Assembly (NCBI GenBank): GCA_000934665.2
Contig: KZ538678.1
Location: 1 to 54,128 of the forward strand
Reading direction: 5' to 3'
Length of the DNA: 54,128 bases
Origin: Catajapyx aquilonaris
Taxonomy: Eukaryota
Every line of letters starts with the position of its first letter. The stretch's first letter is position 1. Positions 24,445 through 37,114 of the stretch are shown one piece after another. The notes under the pieces were generated by a model. The model searched no databases and was not told the DNA's origin. It saw only the letters and a program-made list of their open reading frames with translations. The position numbers and the translations under genes were made by a program.

Positions 24445-24728
24445 TCTGGATTGAGGAAGCTCGATTTACATTTCAACGGATTAATCTGGATTGAGGAAGC
24501 GCGGTTTGCATTTCAAGGGATCTGTCTGGAGTGAGGAAGCGCGGTTTGCATTTCAAGGGATCTGTCTGGATTGAGGAAGCGCGGTTTGAATTTCAAGGGA
24601 TCTGTCTGGATTGAGGAAGCTCGGTTTGCATTTCAAGGGATCTGTCTGGATTGAGGAAGCGCGGTTAGAATTTCAAGGGCTCTGTCTGGATTGAGGAAGC
24701 GCGGTTTCCATTTCAACGGACTCTCTGG
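24445..24728. repeat. 40-bp minisatellite, about 7 copies
   Basis: Unit TCTGGATTGAGGAAGCGCGGTTTGCATTTCAAGGGATCTG in tandem. Confidence 0.95.
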
Positions 24729-25199
24729 TTATGGGAATTATGCAGTTGAGAGATCATGTGGGTGATGTGAGACATGCCTTTCATTTGGTATTCAAAGAAG
24801 TGGCTGCTGAGATAATGTGTCAATAAAAAGGCTTGCATATTTCATTTTTATCCATGAAGTATGTTGCTGTGTACTGTACACATCTAAATATTTCTCATAA
24901 GTTGATTATTATTGTTATGGTCTTTAATTGATAGTTGACACCACTAGTCATGCTTGCAAGGGTGTCTGCCTCTCTCTCTGTCCTGCACAGCTCTTGGGAG
25001 TTCGAGTGAGGATTTCCGTATGCTGGTTCTTCTCGCTGGCCTGTTGGTGTTCTGGTCTTTTGTTGGTGAATATTCCAGTCACTTGGAGGAGTTAAATAGT
25101 TGCTGATACCTCTTCCAGGGGGGAAGGGGGGAGGGACACTTGATTTCGCAAAGTACTGCGTTGTATAGTGTAATATTTAAATTTAATATTGAGTGGTTG

Positions 25200-25343
25200 T
25201 CGTCTGAGATGGGCAGGGGTGGGGGGCGGGACGGGTTGTTTATAGGTTTATTTTTACAAGTTTTAATTTAGTTCATATTTTGGGTTAGCTTGTGGTTCCC
25301 CTCATCGTCATAGGGAAAGTTCGTGATGGTGGTGATGATGATC
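25200..25343 (+). mobile_element. RTE LINE 3' UTR fragment, same family as 4030-4443
   Basis: GTCTGAGATGGGCAGGGGTGGGGGG...CATAGGGAAA..CGTGATG matches 4286-4425; (GAT)n tail. Confidence 0.8.
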
Positions 25344-25930
25344 GTCTTTAATTTGGAATTAATATTAATTTAACGATGTGATATCTAGACTGTTCTAGTC
25401 CATCATTACATTTTTTGGTACTGGGTACTTCAAACGTAAGTTCGGATCTTTGTGGTTATAATTCCGTCTACTCTCCTATGTCAAGTTTTCAGTTTACATA
25501 CATGTGAGCTAGGATTGTCAACTTGATTGCAACTGACCACCAAGTCCTTATTTTTGCATTTAAAAGGCATTGAAATGCCTTTTAAATCCAAAACTGAGGC
25601 ATTGGTGGGTTTTGGGAATGTTAATAATTGTCAATCAAATATTTCCACAACCATAGTATTTTTCGCTTTTAATCGTTGTTTGTGAAATGTAAAAATAATT
25701 TAAAAAATCTAAGAAATTGAATATTTCTAAAATTCGGAAACGAGGCTTCAGGTTAGAAAGAGGGCTGGTCACTGCAGGAGGCCTGGCCCCCAATGCTCTT
25801 ATCCGTTCTGTTATTGTTCATAATCTTGCCTGGTATGTGGCTTGCTCCTTACCTTATCCCCCTTCAAATTTTTGAAATTGCAACGTCATGCTCTTTCTCT
25901 TTTTTAGAGTTATAAATATTTATTTATATT

Positions 25931-26530
25931 TGCACAACCAAGAATTATCATGCTGGAGTGGGAGAGGGAAGGTGATGAAGGAGAGTGTGTGGGCTATTGG
26001 AGTAAGATTTCACAATACATCAAGCTAGTGTTAATTTTATTATAAACACTAGAAAAATGCATATCAGTTATGTAGCAGTAAATATTATTATAAGAATGCC
26101 ATCTTTTGCAACGGTCGGTCTGACAGAAATAGGCTCCTGATTGGTTTAAACCTCATAAAAATGGGGGGGGGGGGGGCGAGANTGTATCAGGTATAATTTC
26201 AGGATTTTATGGCAAAGGTTGGCAACAATGGATATAAATGCACAACCAATAAATAAGTGGGAGGTAATATGGCGGGAGATGATGAAGGAGAGTGTGTGCG
26301 TTATGATGTATTATGTAGGCGGAAGATTTATAAATACTGTATATTCATCAAGAAAGTGTTGATTTTATTATAAACACTAGAAAAATGCATATCAGTTATG
26401 TAATAGCAAAAATATACAAATGACCTCTTTTGCAAGAGTCAATCTAACAGTAATAATGGGCTCCAGACCTGGATGCAACCCCATAAAAATTGATGGGGCT
26501 AGATTTCCGTATCAGGAATGTTTCCAGTTT
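25931..26530. repeat. Diverged tandem duplication, ~310-bp unit
   Basis: TGCACAACCAA, GATGAAGGAGAGTGTGTG and TTTTATTATAAACACTAGAAAAATGCATATCAGTTATGTA each occur twice in the same order. Confidence 0.8.
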
Positions 26531-26614
26531 GTGACTCCTTTCTTCATTATCATGTTGCCGAAATAGGAGTACAGTATAATTTATAATATTATACTATGCA
26601 ACAAAATTGGACTT

Positions 26615-28146
26615 TTTTTGTCCTTAGAAATTCATTGTCATATTCGTGTTCTTTAGGTCACAAGTAACTCATAATGTGCATTCATTTTGTCTTTGATTTC
26701 TTATTGACCGCGGGGCAGTCAAAAACCCAAAATCTTCAAATATGGAATGTTTTCCCCAATCAAGTGGGCCTAAATGTTGCTAGACCATCTCGGATTTTGC
26801 TGAAAGAAATCACAACTGTTCACACCTATGCTGTAACACTGCATATCAAGTTCCAGACAAATTGCGAAATACCGTGGGGAGGAGAAAAATCGCGAAATGT
26901 TGAAAATGGGGCATTTTTGGATATTTTTTTCGGCTATTGGACGTGGTCAAAACCCAATGAACATATACATCAAATGAAAGAGAAACCGAGTAGAATGCGC
27001 CTATGGAATTTGCATTTCTCGTAAATGCACCCAGATAAACATGTATGGCATTCCATCGGTCACATGCGCTGTAACATGTCCAAGTGTTTAGACCCCAACA
27101 ATTAGTGATGTATTTGAGTAAGAGCAGCCATATTCGGTGACACTAGTTGTGACCCATACAAGATTCAATAGGTTCAGTTTCAATCCTGGTCATGCATGGC
27201 TCGCGATAAAATAATAGATATGTTTTCCGAATTACCATTAATTTTAATGGACCCAAATTCTTTGACATGTGACTGATGAAATGCCACACGTTTTCTGGGT
27301 GCATTTTCCAGAAAATCAAATTCCATAGGCGCATTCTACTCGCGTTTCTCTTTCATTTGATGTATACAGGGTGTATCGGAACTCTACCATAAGCCATGTA
27401 CCAATGGCATAAGGGGCACCAGAGCATCATTATATGTAGAGGGGTCATCATGTCTAGGCAGCCACATCACGTAGATAATGGATCATTTGTGAAGTAGCGA
27501 TTGCGCTTAAGCGTGATTGTAGAATAGCAGTGCATCTGGGGGGAACTGCATTCTAAGAGCCCTTAGTGACTACCCCAAACGCAGTGTGGCAGTAGCCCCC
27601 CAGAAAATAGCTGCGACATCACCTGTGATGCGATTGGCGGCTGAAGGTTTGCATGGATATTTTATACCTATTGGTTGAGGTCAATTATCTCGGTCATGCG
27701 GCGGCCCAGGCCTATGATTCCGATACTGTAAATGATCATCTGCTGACCATTACGCCATTGGCATATGGCTTATGGTAGAGTTCCGATACACCCTGTATAT
27801 GTTAATTGGATTTTGACCACTTCCAATAACCGAAAAAATTATCCAAAAAAGGCCTCATTTTCAGAATTTCGCGATTTTTTCCCTCTCCATGGTATTTCGC
27901 AATTTGGCTGAAACTTGATATACCGTACATTGTTATGGAATAGGTGTGTACAGCTGTGATTATTTTAAGAAAAATCCGAGCTGGTCTAGCAACATTTAGG
28001 CCCACTTGATTGGGAAAACCTCTATATTTGAGGATTTTGGTTTTTTGACAGGTCAAAAACAAATCAAAGACAAAATGAATACCCATTATGAGTTGTTACT
28101 TTGTGACCCAAGGAACATAGAAATAGCAATGAATTTCCATGGACAA
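26615..28146. mobile_element. Large foldback-type element with ~500-bp inverted arms, interrupted by a MITE
   Basis: 26615-27100 is inverted at 27245-27366 plus 27796-28146; homologous to the interior of 29412-30760. Confidence 0.8.
27367..27795. mobile_element. Tc1/mariner-type MITE
   Basis: TA-CAGGGTGTATCGGAACTCTACCATAAGCCAT...ATGGCTTATGGTAGAGTTCCGATACACCCTG-TA. Confidence 0.9.
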
Positions 28147-28294
28147 ATATTATAATAGGGCGAAGGCTTAATATTAATCCCAAATCGTGCCCAAACCAGT
28201 CTCCTGTCTAACTCTTAATATCTGGAGGGACAAGACGGAGCGGAACTCGGGTGCTCCTTATCACTAGCAGAGCTCTGATAATGACCCTGTGTGA

Positions 28295-28660
28295 GGGAGG
28301 CGGAGTGGCGCTGCGGCCACGGATGTTAAGGTCCCGGGTTAGATCCCAGCCTGCCCCCCTCCCCCCCCCCCCCNACCTTCGATCCCAGCCTACCCTTCAT
28401 CTTGTGCAGAGTTAGGTCGTCTCTGGCTTCGTCTCGGGTGGAATTTCTGCTAGACATATCCACCCGGGGGAGTTCACAAACTATGTACCATCTTGGAAAT
28501 TTTGCACTGTACATTGCACATCCCCTCCTGTCATCCTGCCCGTGGACCCGGGCGTTTCGTGAAAGGTCCCGCTATGTACACCAATAGATGAAATAAAGGT
28601 CCATGCTTGTATACCCTAGGGGTCAAAAGCACACTACCAAAAAATTTTAAATTTTAAAAA
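28295..28660 (+). mobile_element. SINE family A
   Basis: Head and body present; imperfect TSD A(T/C)GACCC(T/G)GTGTGA at 28281-28294 and 28661-28674. Confidence 0.85.
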
Positions 28661-29161
28661 ACGACCCGGTGTGAGGGAAGGGGGATGTGAGGGGCACCTT
28701 TTATGTTGTCAAAGTGGGCATTGGGATTGTTTTTGAAGGAATATGCAGCCAGTTATTCTGGATTTTTTAGCTATATAAAAACAAGAGATACAATGTGATA
28801 GAGTGGAGAATGACATTTTCTAATGAAGTGTAGCATTTGATGATATTTTTAGAGATATTAACTTGGAATGTAAAGCTGTCATGAATAAAATGTCTACTGG
28901 AGGGCGCTTGACTAGTTAAGGGAACTATTCCCCCGAACTAACTACGGGTTACCTTATATCAGATGAAAAAGTGAAACTCTATTTGAGAGGTCTGAGATTT
29001 TACAAAACGGCTAAGTCCACTTCGCCAAATTAAACAAAAAATTGCTGCACATATTTGTGTCACACAAATATGTGCAGCAATTTTGCATTTTAAAGTCATT
29101 TGGTGTTAATTGCACATTTCCATACGTAGCTGAGCTGTGCCAACATATAGACGCAAAAGGT

Positions 29162-29163
<2 letters not shown>

Positions 29164-29234
<71 letters not shown>

Positions 29235-29389
29235 GGGTACCGGTAGTGCTTAGGTCCCTCTTGGGGTATTGCACGGACCTTTATTATTTACTTGTGGTAC
29301 AAATTGTACACAGCTGGAACCTTTAGCGAAGAGCTCGGGCCCACGGGCAGGGATGAGTGGGAGGGGATGTGCAAAGTGCAAGTGCAATG
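29164..29389 (-). mobile_element. SINE family A, 5'-truncated
   Basis: CATTGCACTTGCACTTTGCACATCCCC body end and (ATT)n tail; imperfect TSD AGACG(C/T)AAAAG(G/A)TTT at 29149-29163 and 29390-29404. Confidence 0.8.
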
Positions 29390-29411
29390 AGACGTAAAAG
29401 ATTTCAAGATT

Positions 29412-30331
29412 GTACAGGAGGGTGGAGCGAAAAACATGAAATTTGTCCGATTAAATAGCACGGGGTGTCAAAACTTGTATATGGACTAGTATAACATTGG
29501 TGAATTTTTAAAGAATTTTCGTACTTCCTCTTCATTCGCTGCAAGAGCCTTCAAGTTTCCCAATTTTTGCGAGAGCAACACATATTACATTATGCAACCG
29601 GATTTTTGTCCATGGAAATTCGTCGCTATTTCCATGTTCCTTAGGTCACTGGTAACAATTGAGCATTCATTTTGCTTGGGAGTTGTTCTTGACGTTGGGG
29701 CAGTTGCAGTAAAAAAACAAATCCTCGAAATATGGGTCATTCCGAATCAAGTAGGCCGAAATGTTGCTAGACCATCTCGGAATTTGCTGAAAAATATCAC
29801 CGCTGTACATGACTATGCTGTAACACGTCATGTCAAGGTTTCAGCCAAATTACGCAATACCGTTGAGAGGGAAAAAAATCGCGAAATTCAGGAAAATACC
29901 GAAAATGAGGCCCTTTTAGATAATTTTTCAGTTAATGGAAGTGGTCAAACACCAATAAACATGCATCAAATGATGGGGGGAGGCGGAGTGGTGCTGCGGT
30001 AAAGTATACGCCCACGGATGTTAAGGTCCCGGGATAAAATCCCGCCCGGTCCCCCCCCNCCCCCCCCCCCCTTCATCTCGTGCAGAGTTTAAGGCCAGCC
30101 CTGACTTCGTCTCGGGTGGTATTTCCAATAGAAATAGACTAAACCACCCGGGGGAGTTCAAAAAATGACCAAAGCCACTGTACTGCACTGCACATTGCTC
30201 ATCCCCTCTTGTCACCTTCCCTATTGCTCGCGGTACCCGGGCGTTACGGTAAAAGGACCATCTTATACTAGCTGTACTACAAAGCAAATAAAGGAACTGT
30301 GCAGGCTGCCCATTGGGCGGAGCACTAAACC

Positions 30332-30400
<69 letters not shown>

Positions 30401-30401
30401 C

Positions 30402-30439
<38 letters not shown>

Positions 30440-30760
30440 CATTATTATTATTATTATTATTATTATTAATATGCATCAAATGAAAGAGGATCGCGAGGGG
30501 AATGCGTCTATGGAATTAGTTCTCCTCTAAAACGTAACCAGAAAAATTCAAAATTCTTGGACATGTGACCGAGCACGTGACCGATGGAATGCCACGCACG
30601 TTTTTCTGGTTACACTTTAACAGAAAACTAATTTCATAGACGCATTCCCCTCGTGATCCTATTTCATTCACCAGTGTTATACTAATCCATACACAACATT
30701 TGACACCCCGTGCTATTTAATCGGACAACTTACGTCTTTTTCGCTCCACCCTATTGTACA
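29412..30760. mobile_element. TIR DNA element related to 26615-28146
   Basis: TIR AGGGTGGAGCGAAAAA...GTCCGATTAAATAGCACGGGGTGTCAAA inverted at 30699-30753; TGTACA at both ends. Confidence 0.8.
29974..30470 (+). mobile_element. SINE family A
   Basis: Full copy with long (ATT/ATC)n tail; TSD ATGCATCAAATGA at 29961-29973 and 30471-30483. Confidence 0.9.
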
Positions 30761-30923
30761 GTACCAGAGAAAGTTAAGTAATGATCAGTTTTCGCTCATT
30801 GTACGATTTTACGACCAGTTTTTCGAAGAAGACTTATTAGCCTTTTTTTATTTCAGACCACTCATTTATAAATATCATTCTGTCATCTAACAAGGGCCAT
30901 AAGTGTTGTAAGCGAAGTTGCAA

Positions 30924-31445
30924 AATGAAACTTCGCACAATAATATAGATAGGTAAGTTATTATTAAACAAATGCAACCCGTTTCTGCGGAACGATACAA
31001 GGTCAAAAGTTATGACCTCTCGAACTCACAAGGGACACTTTCCAAGGTCTCACAGATTTTCGTCGAATTCGATACATTGGTAGCCCACCCTAAGGGATGA
31101 AAAACGCACCTAAAGTGACCTGCTCAAAATGACCCGTGACACCTTTTTGGGGACTACCAATGCACAGAATTTCAAGAAAACCGGTGAGTTTTCGGCATTT
31201 ACGAGTTGACCTCTGCCCCCCAAAAGGGGGGCATCGGGTCATTTTGAGCAGGTCACTTTAGGTGGGTTTTTCATCCCTTGGGGTGGCCTACCAATGTACC
31301 GAATTTCAAGAACATATGTGAGACCTTGGAAAGTGTCCCTTGTGAGTTCGAGAGGTCATAACTTTTGACCTTGTGGGCATTCGCCTAAATTGTTTGCATT
31401 TTGTTTAATAACTTACCTGCCTATATTATTGTGCCAAGTTTCATT
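30924..31445. mobile_element. Palindromic MITE-like element with ~210-bp arms
   Basis: ACAAGGTCAAAAGTTATGACCTCTCGAACTCACAAGGGACACTTTCCAAGGTCTCACA is perfectly inverted; symmetry extends outward with mismatches. Confidence 0.8.
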
Positions 31446-31730
31446 CAGAAACTACATTTACAACACTTACAGTTCCCTTGTAAGTTTAGTGAAAGCATGG
31501 GCTTGAAAGATGAGTATTTGCCACGTTTTTCGCATTTGAAGTTACCACAGAAAGTGTAAAGAGCGCGGCAGAATTTTAGCTTAAGTTTTGTGACAATATT
31601 GCAGGTGATCATAAATGGTAATAAAATTTTAAGCATCATTCCCCATCGTAATTTGAGGGCCATTGCCACATTTTTCATCCGACATTTATTTTATTAAATA
31701 TCAAATTACGTGAACAAAATGTGACTCGAA

Positions 31731-31980
31731 GGGCGACACGGTGGCGGAGTGGTTAGCGCCTCAGCCTTCCACCTCTAAGGTCCCGAGTTCGATCCCCGGA
31801 TCGGACAGAGGATACTTATGTGGATAGAGTTTCGATGGGTTCTCTCCGTGTTCGCGTGGGTTTTCTCGGGGTTCTCCCGTTTCCTCCCGCAATCAAAATC
31901 CATCACACGCAGGCAATGATTAAAGTCGGTTCACGAAAAGAAGATCCCCTAATAGGCCCAAGGCCTATCACGGGGTATCA

Positions 31981-32028
<48 letters not shown>
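31731..32028 (+). mobile_element. tRNA-derived SINE family C with V-domain
   Basis: Head GGGCGACACGGTGGCGGAGTGGTTAGC; core TCTCTCCGTGTTCGCGTGGGTTTTCTCGGGGTTCTCCCGTTTCCTCCC; (ATT)n tail; TSD AAATGT(G/T)ACTCGAA at 31717-31730 and 32029-32042. Confidence 0.9.
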
Positions 32029-32030
<2 letters not shown>

Positions 32031-32074
32031 ATGTTACTCGAACACTTGCAATTGTTATTTTTAAAACAAATTTG

Positions 32075-32412
32075 AGGGGGAGACGGAGTGGCGCCGCGGT
32101 AAAGTGTGCGCCCACGGATGTTAAGGTCCCGGGATCAAATCCCGCCCGGGTACACCCCCTTCATCTCGTGCAGAGTGTGGGTCGTCTCTGGCTTCGTTTC
32201 TGGGTGGAATATCCTACAGACAAATCCACCCAGGGGAGTTCACAAAATGACCTCGTACAGCCCTGCACTGCACTTGCACATCCCCTCCTGTCATCCCCTA
32301 TCGCTCGCAGTACCCGGGCGTTACGGAAAAGGACCAAAAATGTAGCTGTACACCTAAAAACAAATAAAGGTACCGGGCCAGATGCTCATCAATGGGCGGT
32401 GCACTAACCCTA

Positions 32413-32465
<53 letters not shown>
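32075..32465 (+). mobile_element. SINE family A
   Basis: Full head, body and (ATT)n tail. Confidence 0.9.
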
Positions 32466-32466
<1 letters not shown>

Positions 32467-32993
32467 AAAATTGAAGTGAAAATTCTGACAGTTCCAAGTG
32501 TCTTCTGTGGCCTTTGGAAATGGGGAAAGAATTGCAAAGTCTCAACTTTCAAGCCTAGATTTTCACTAATCAGATAAAATATGTCGAAACTGAACTGCAT
32601 TTTTCATCTAAGCTAATGTATCAATTTTTATTGGGAACAACGTTCAAGACAAATGATCGTGGAAAACCCACAAAATCAGTCCTCGATGGGATCCATTTTG
32701 TACTGGTAATATGAACGAGAAACTATAAATGACTCATGCTAATAAAGTTCAGAGGAACAAGAAATTACAGCTCAGGTACAAATTTATGTATACGTATTTA
32801 TTAATGATTCTCTTCATTCTTACAAAAGTGGTTAAAATGAAGTTACGATAACACCAGGCGGGGATTTCGTCAGCGCCCCGTGACAAAATACCAAAGGGCC
32901 AAAAAAATAAACCACAACGGAGCAAACTGGTATTTTTTTGTAGCCAAGACACTTGTTTCATTTATTTACAGAATTATGGTACACAAGGAAATG

Positions 32994-33260
32994 CTATATA
33001 CAGCTTTCTTGCAAAGGGCTGGCCATGTTGTCCGTAAGTGGGTTCCGCTTCACACTTATCCTTTGGTCTGGCAACCTCGTCGATGGCGTCACAAAGTGAA
33101 GATTGCTGATAGCATTGTTGGGGCCCTTCATCTGCAATGTGGAGGATCGATACCCCCGACTATTGAGACTTGTTCTTTTGCCAGTGCCACAACGTTTAGC
33201 ACATGTCATAGCAATCAAGTTATTGTTTGCATATGGTTTAAAATTGAGGTCTGAGGTTAG
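32994..33260 (-). CDS. Sidestep/nephrin-like protein, terminal coding exon
   Basis: Open frame ends RISVKRNPLTDNMASPLQESCI*, a PDZ-binding-type end typical of Side proteins. Phase-0 acceptors at 33260 or 33131 both fit the previous exon, so the 5' boundary is uncertain. AATAAA lies ~30 nt after the stop. Confidence 0.7.
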   Translation of the reverse strand, partial: LTSDLNFKPYANNNLIAMTCAKRCGTGKRTSLNSRGYRSSTLQMKGPNNAISNLHFVTPSTRLPDQRISVKRNPLTDNMASPLQESCI

Positions 33261-34069
33261 CTGTCATGCTGAAACAGTACAACATAATTCATCAAAATAA
33301 ATTAAACTGTGACTAACCGATCGGGAAGCTTAGCATGCTTACAAAATGTGGAGAACGAACCCAAAAGTATTATACTGTGCAAGCAATTATCTACAATGGC
33401 TATAGAGTTCTACATGCGGATTTAAAGTACGTACATCAAAAATTCCGCCAGAAAAAACTACGGTGATTGAATCAAGAAAAAAAATCTTGCTTTATCTCTT
33501 GTGCAAATGTAACGCTTTGACAATGGCGGCTGCAATGTGGCAGATTCAACAGCAAGCGGGAAACGTGCAGCATATGCGAAACATATTATAGCAGTGCAGG
33601 GTAGCATTGTGTAAAGGGTCATTCCAAAAACAGACTGGTGAACTGAAAAGGAGGCACCATGCTGACTCACAAATTGAGGTACATTTTCAAAATAGTGCTT
33701 TTATTATTAATTAATGTTCATTGTGTCTCGTTCAGATTTCATTAGAAAGTTTTACAGGAGAAAACACTATTGAAGGAAATAAATATTGTAAGCAAGTTGC
33801 ATTTATCAGAATTTTTACCCAATGTAATTTGGCTTCAGAACAAGCCATTGTGATAACAAATGTGTAGAGCCGGTTACATTTGAATATACACTTATTTCGC
33901 CCCTAAACGACAGATATAAAGAGGCCTTCCAAATTGAGACGAATAATTGGACGGTGTTAAGCAATAATGGGTCAACCCACAAAAATGTCAAAATTGAGCT
34001 AAGCCCAGGAAGCCTACCTAAAGGATCTACTTCATTCAGTTAAAATCATGCTGGCGAAATCTGCATATA

Positions 34070-36347
34070 GTCCAGGTGCTAAGGGACAAATTTGACCCAA
34101 ACTTTGCATTTTGTGACAAAAGTATGAAACTCGGTACACTTATTTTTTGGACACTTCTGATCATATCTGGACGTGGAGCCACGATGATCGGGGTGATGGA
34201 GGTCCATTTCGCAGGGTTTCCATAACTACCAGATGCAGCATCCTTTTAGGACCTTGTATTGGGTGACAAAAACATGAAACTCGCCACAATTGGTCTTTGG
34301 ACACTTCTGGACATGTCTGGATGTGGGGCCACGATGACTTGGGTCACTTGCAGGGTCACCAGATCTAACGGACCAAACATACATCCCTGCGAAGAGCATG
34401 TGAATTGGGAGCTTGCATTCGGTGATAAAAACGTGAAACTCGGTACGGTAGTTCTTTGAACACATCTCAACATATCTGGACGTGGGGTCACGGTGGGTGA
34501 CCCCTGGTGGCCTCGCCAGGGGTCACTATCGCGGAGTTGCCAAATCGAACATGCGTTGCACACCTTTACATGAATAAGGGCCTTGCATTCGGTGATAAAA
34601 CACTGATAAAACATGAAACTCGCCCCAATTGGTCTTTGGACACTACTGAACATGTCTGGAAGTGAGGCCACTATGGATGACCCCGCTGGGGGTTACTCGC
34701 AGGGTTGCCAGATCTAATGGGCTCTCTAAGTCGACTATGGGAATAGGGAGATTGCATTCGGTGACAAAGACGTGAAACGCGGTACAGTATAGTTCTTTGC
34801 ACACTTCCGAACATATCTGGACGTGGGGCCACGATGACCCACCCCGGTGGAGGGCACTATAGCGGCGTTGCCATATCTGACAGACTGCGCAACATGCGTT
34901 TATATTTTGATAGGGAGCTTGCATTCGGTGACAAAGCCATAAAACTAGGTACGTTAGTTCTTTGGACACTTCCGAACATATTTGGACATGGGGCCACGAT
35001 GACCCACCCCGAGGGAGGGCACTATCGCGGCGTTGCCATATATAGTCGGAGCAACCTAGGCTGACTCCATATGAATAGGGAGCTTGCATTCGGTGACAAA
35101 GCCATAAAACTTGGTACGTTAGTTCTTTGGACACTTCCGAACATATCAGGACGTGGAGCCACGATGATCCACCCCAAGGGAGGGCACTATCGCAGGGTTG
35201 CCATATCTAACAGACTGTGCAACATGTGTTTATATTTGAATAATGAGCTTGCACTGGGTCATCGTGGCTCCATGTCCAGATATGTTCGGAAGTGTCCAAA
35301 GAACTAACGTATCAAGTTTTATGGCTTTGTCACCGAATGCAAGCTCCCTATCAAAATATAAACGCATGTTGCACAGTCTGTCAGATATGGCAACGCCGCT
35401 ATAGGGCCCTCCATCGGGGTGGGTCATCGTGGCTCCACGTCCAGATATGTTCGGAAGTGCCCAAAGAACAATTCTACCAAGTTTCACGTCTTTGTCACCA
35501 AATGCAAGTCCCCTATTCAAACATAAACGCATGTTGTACAGTCTGTTAGATTTTGCAACACCATGATAGCGCCCTCCACCGGGGTGGGTCATCGTGGCCC
35601 CACGTCCAGATATGTTCGGAAGTGTGCAAAGAACTATATTGTACCGCGTTTCACGTCTTTGTCCCCGAATGCAAGCTCCCTATTCCCATAGTCGACTTAG
35701 AGAGCCCATTAGATCTGGCAACCCTGCGAGTAACCCCCAGCGGGGTCATCCATAGTGGCCTCACTTCCAGACATGTTCAGTAGTGTCCAAAAACCAATTG
35801 GGGCGAGTTTCATGCTTTATCAGTGTTTTATCACCGAATGCAAGGCCCTTATTCATGTAAAGGTGTGCAACGCATGTTCGATTTGGCAACTCCGCGATAG
35901 TGACCCCTGGCGAGGCCACCAGGGGTCACCCACCGTGACCCCACGTCCAGATATGTTGAGATGTGTTCAAAGAACTACCGTACCGAGTTTCACGTTTTTA
36001 TCACCGAATGCAAGCTCCCAATTCACATGATCTTCGCAGAGATGTATGTTTGGTCCGTTAGATCTGGTAACCCTGCAAGTGACCCACAGCGGGGTCAGTC
36101 ATCATGGCCCCACATCCAGACATGTTCAGAAGTGTCCAAAGACCAATTGTGGCGAGTTTCATGTTTTTGTCACCCAATACAAGGTCCTAAAGGATGCTGC
36201 ACCTGTTAGTTATGGAAACCCTGCGAAATGGACCTCCACCGGGGTGGGTCATCGTGGCTCCACGTCCAGATATGATCAGAAGAACAAGTGTACCGAGTTT
36301 CATACTTTTGTCACAAAATGCAAAGTTCAACCCCTTAGCACCCGGAC
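34070..36347. mobile_element. 2.28-kb foldback element built from ~150-170-bp tandem subunits
   Basis: TA-GTCCAGGTGCTAAGGG...CCCTTAGCACCCGGAC-TA; about 7 subunits per arm, mirrored unit by unit; orientation flips at ~35256 with no unique spacer. Confidence 0.9.
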
Positions 36348-36941
36348 TAATACTTCTGCCACAAATGACCGAAAAGAACACGGAATTAATTTCACAGGTA
36401 TGACCTTCAAATCCCTTTTTATCAAAACTGTTCTCATGTGGGTAGACTCATTATTGCATAACACCGTCCAATTGATGATAGAGGCTTTATATTCTTCGCA
36501 TATAAAGCTGATAATTTTATATTTTGATCTCCGAGACTACAGATGAGAGCAAGAAAGTAAGTGAAAGACGGTGATGGTGCATTACAAGAAATAGGGATAT
36601 GGACTCGCTTGTGCTAATTTCCACTGGTTGATATCATGATCGACATGACCATATAGACTATAGCTTCTCAGGGTTGACAGATGTCGCCGGTGTGCCAACT
36701 GGAGGAGTTTCGCTTTCTTTCTTGTTGTGAATAGAGGCGACAAGAGGCTTATTGTGGAATGACCAATCACATCGCAATATACGTGTCTAATAGTTCTGTC
36801 GTTTTGATTGGTTGCCCCACTAATGTGCTCAAGTCTTATTACACAAGCGTAAAAACGGAAAAAAATACTAGGCTTGAAGTGAAATAGTTGCAAAAGAAGG
36901 GGAACATCATGCACTTTGAATGCACATGGTAATATACTCAC

Positions 36942-37114
36942 TTCCTGAAGATCCCGAGTGTCTTTGGCTTGGAGGAGATTGGCAGTTTCGCCGCTGGAAG
37001 TGTCCTGGTTGGGTTTCGATCCCCTGAAGTCGTTGGAAGTTGGGGGAGGCCGAAGGCGCTGTAGAGGTGCCTTGTGAAGAGGTCCTCTGAACAGGTCACG
37101 AATGGAGGAAGGGT
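36942..37114 (-). CDS. Sidestep/nephrin-like protein, cytoplasmic exon
   Basis: Acceptor TTTTCTATTGTCAG, donor GTGAGT, 173 bp, phase 1 to 0: (D)PSSIRDLFRGPLHKAPLQRLRPPPTSND...DTRDLQE. Confidence 0.8.

Noticed and set aside
24445..24728. Regular repeat arrays as possible CRISPR (also 20845-21100 and 53979-54128)
   Set aside because: Head-to-tail units without unique spacers, no cas genes, eukaryotic context.
34226..36546. Cluster of 66-166 aa ORFs on both strands
   Set aside because: By-products of the tandem subunits of the foldback element; no transposase motifs.
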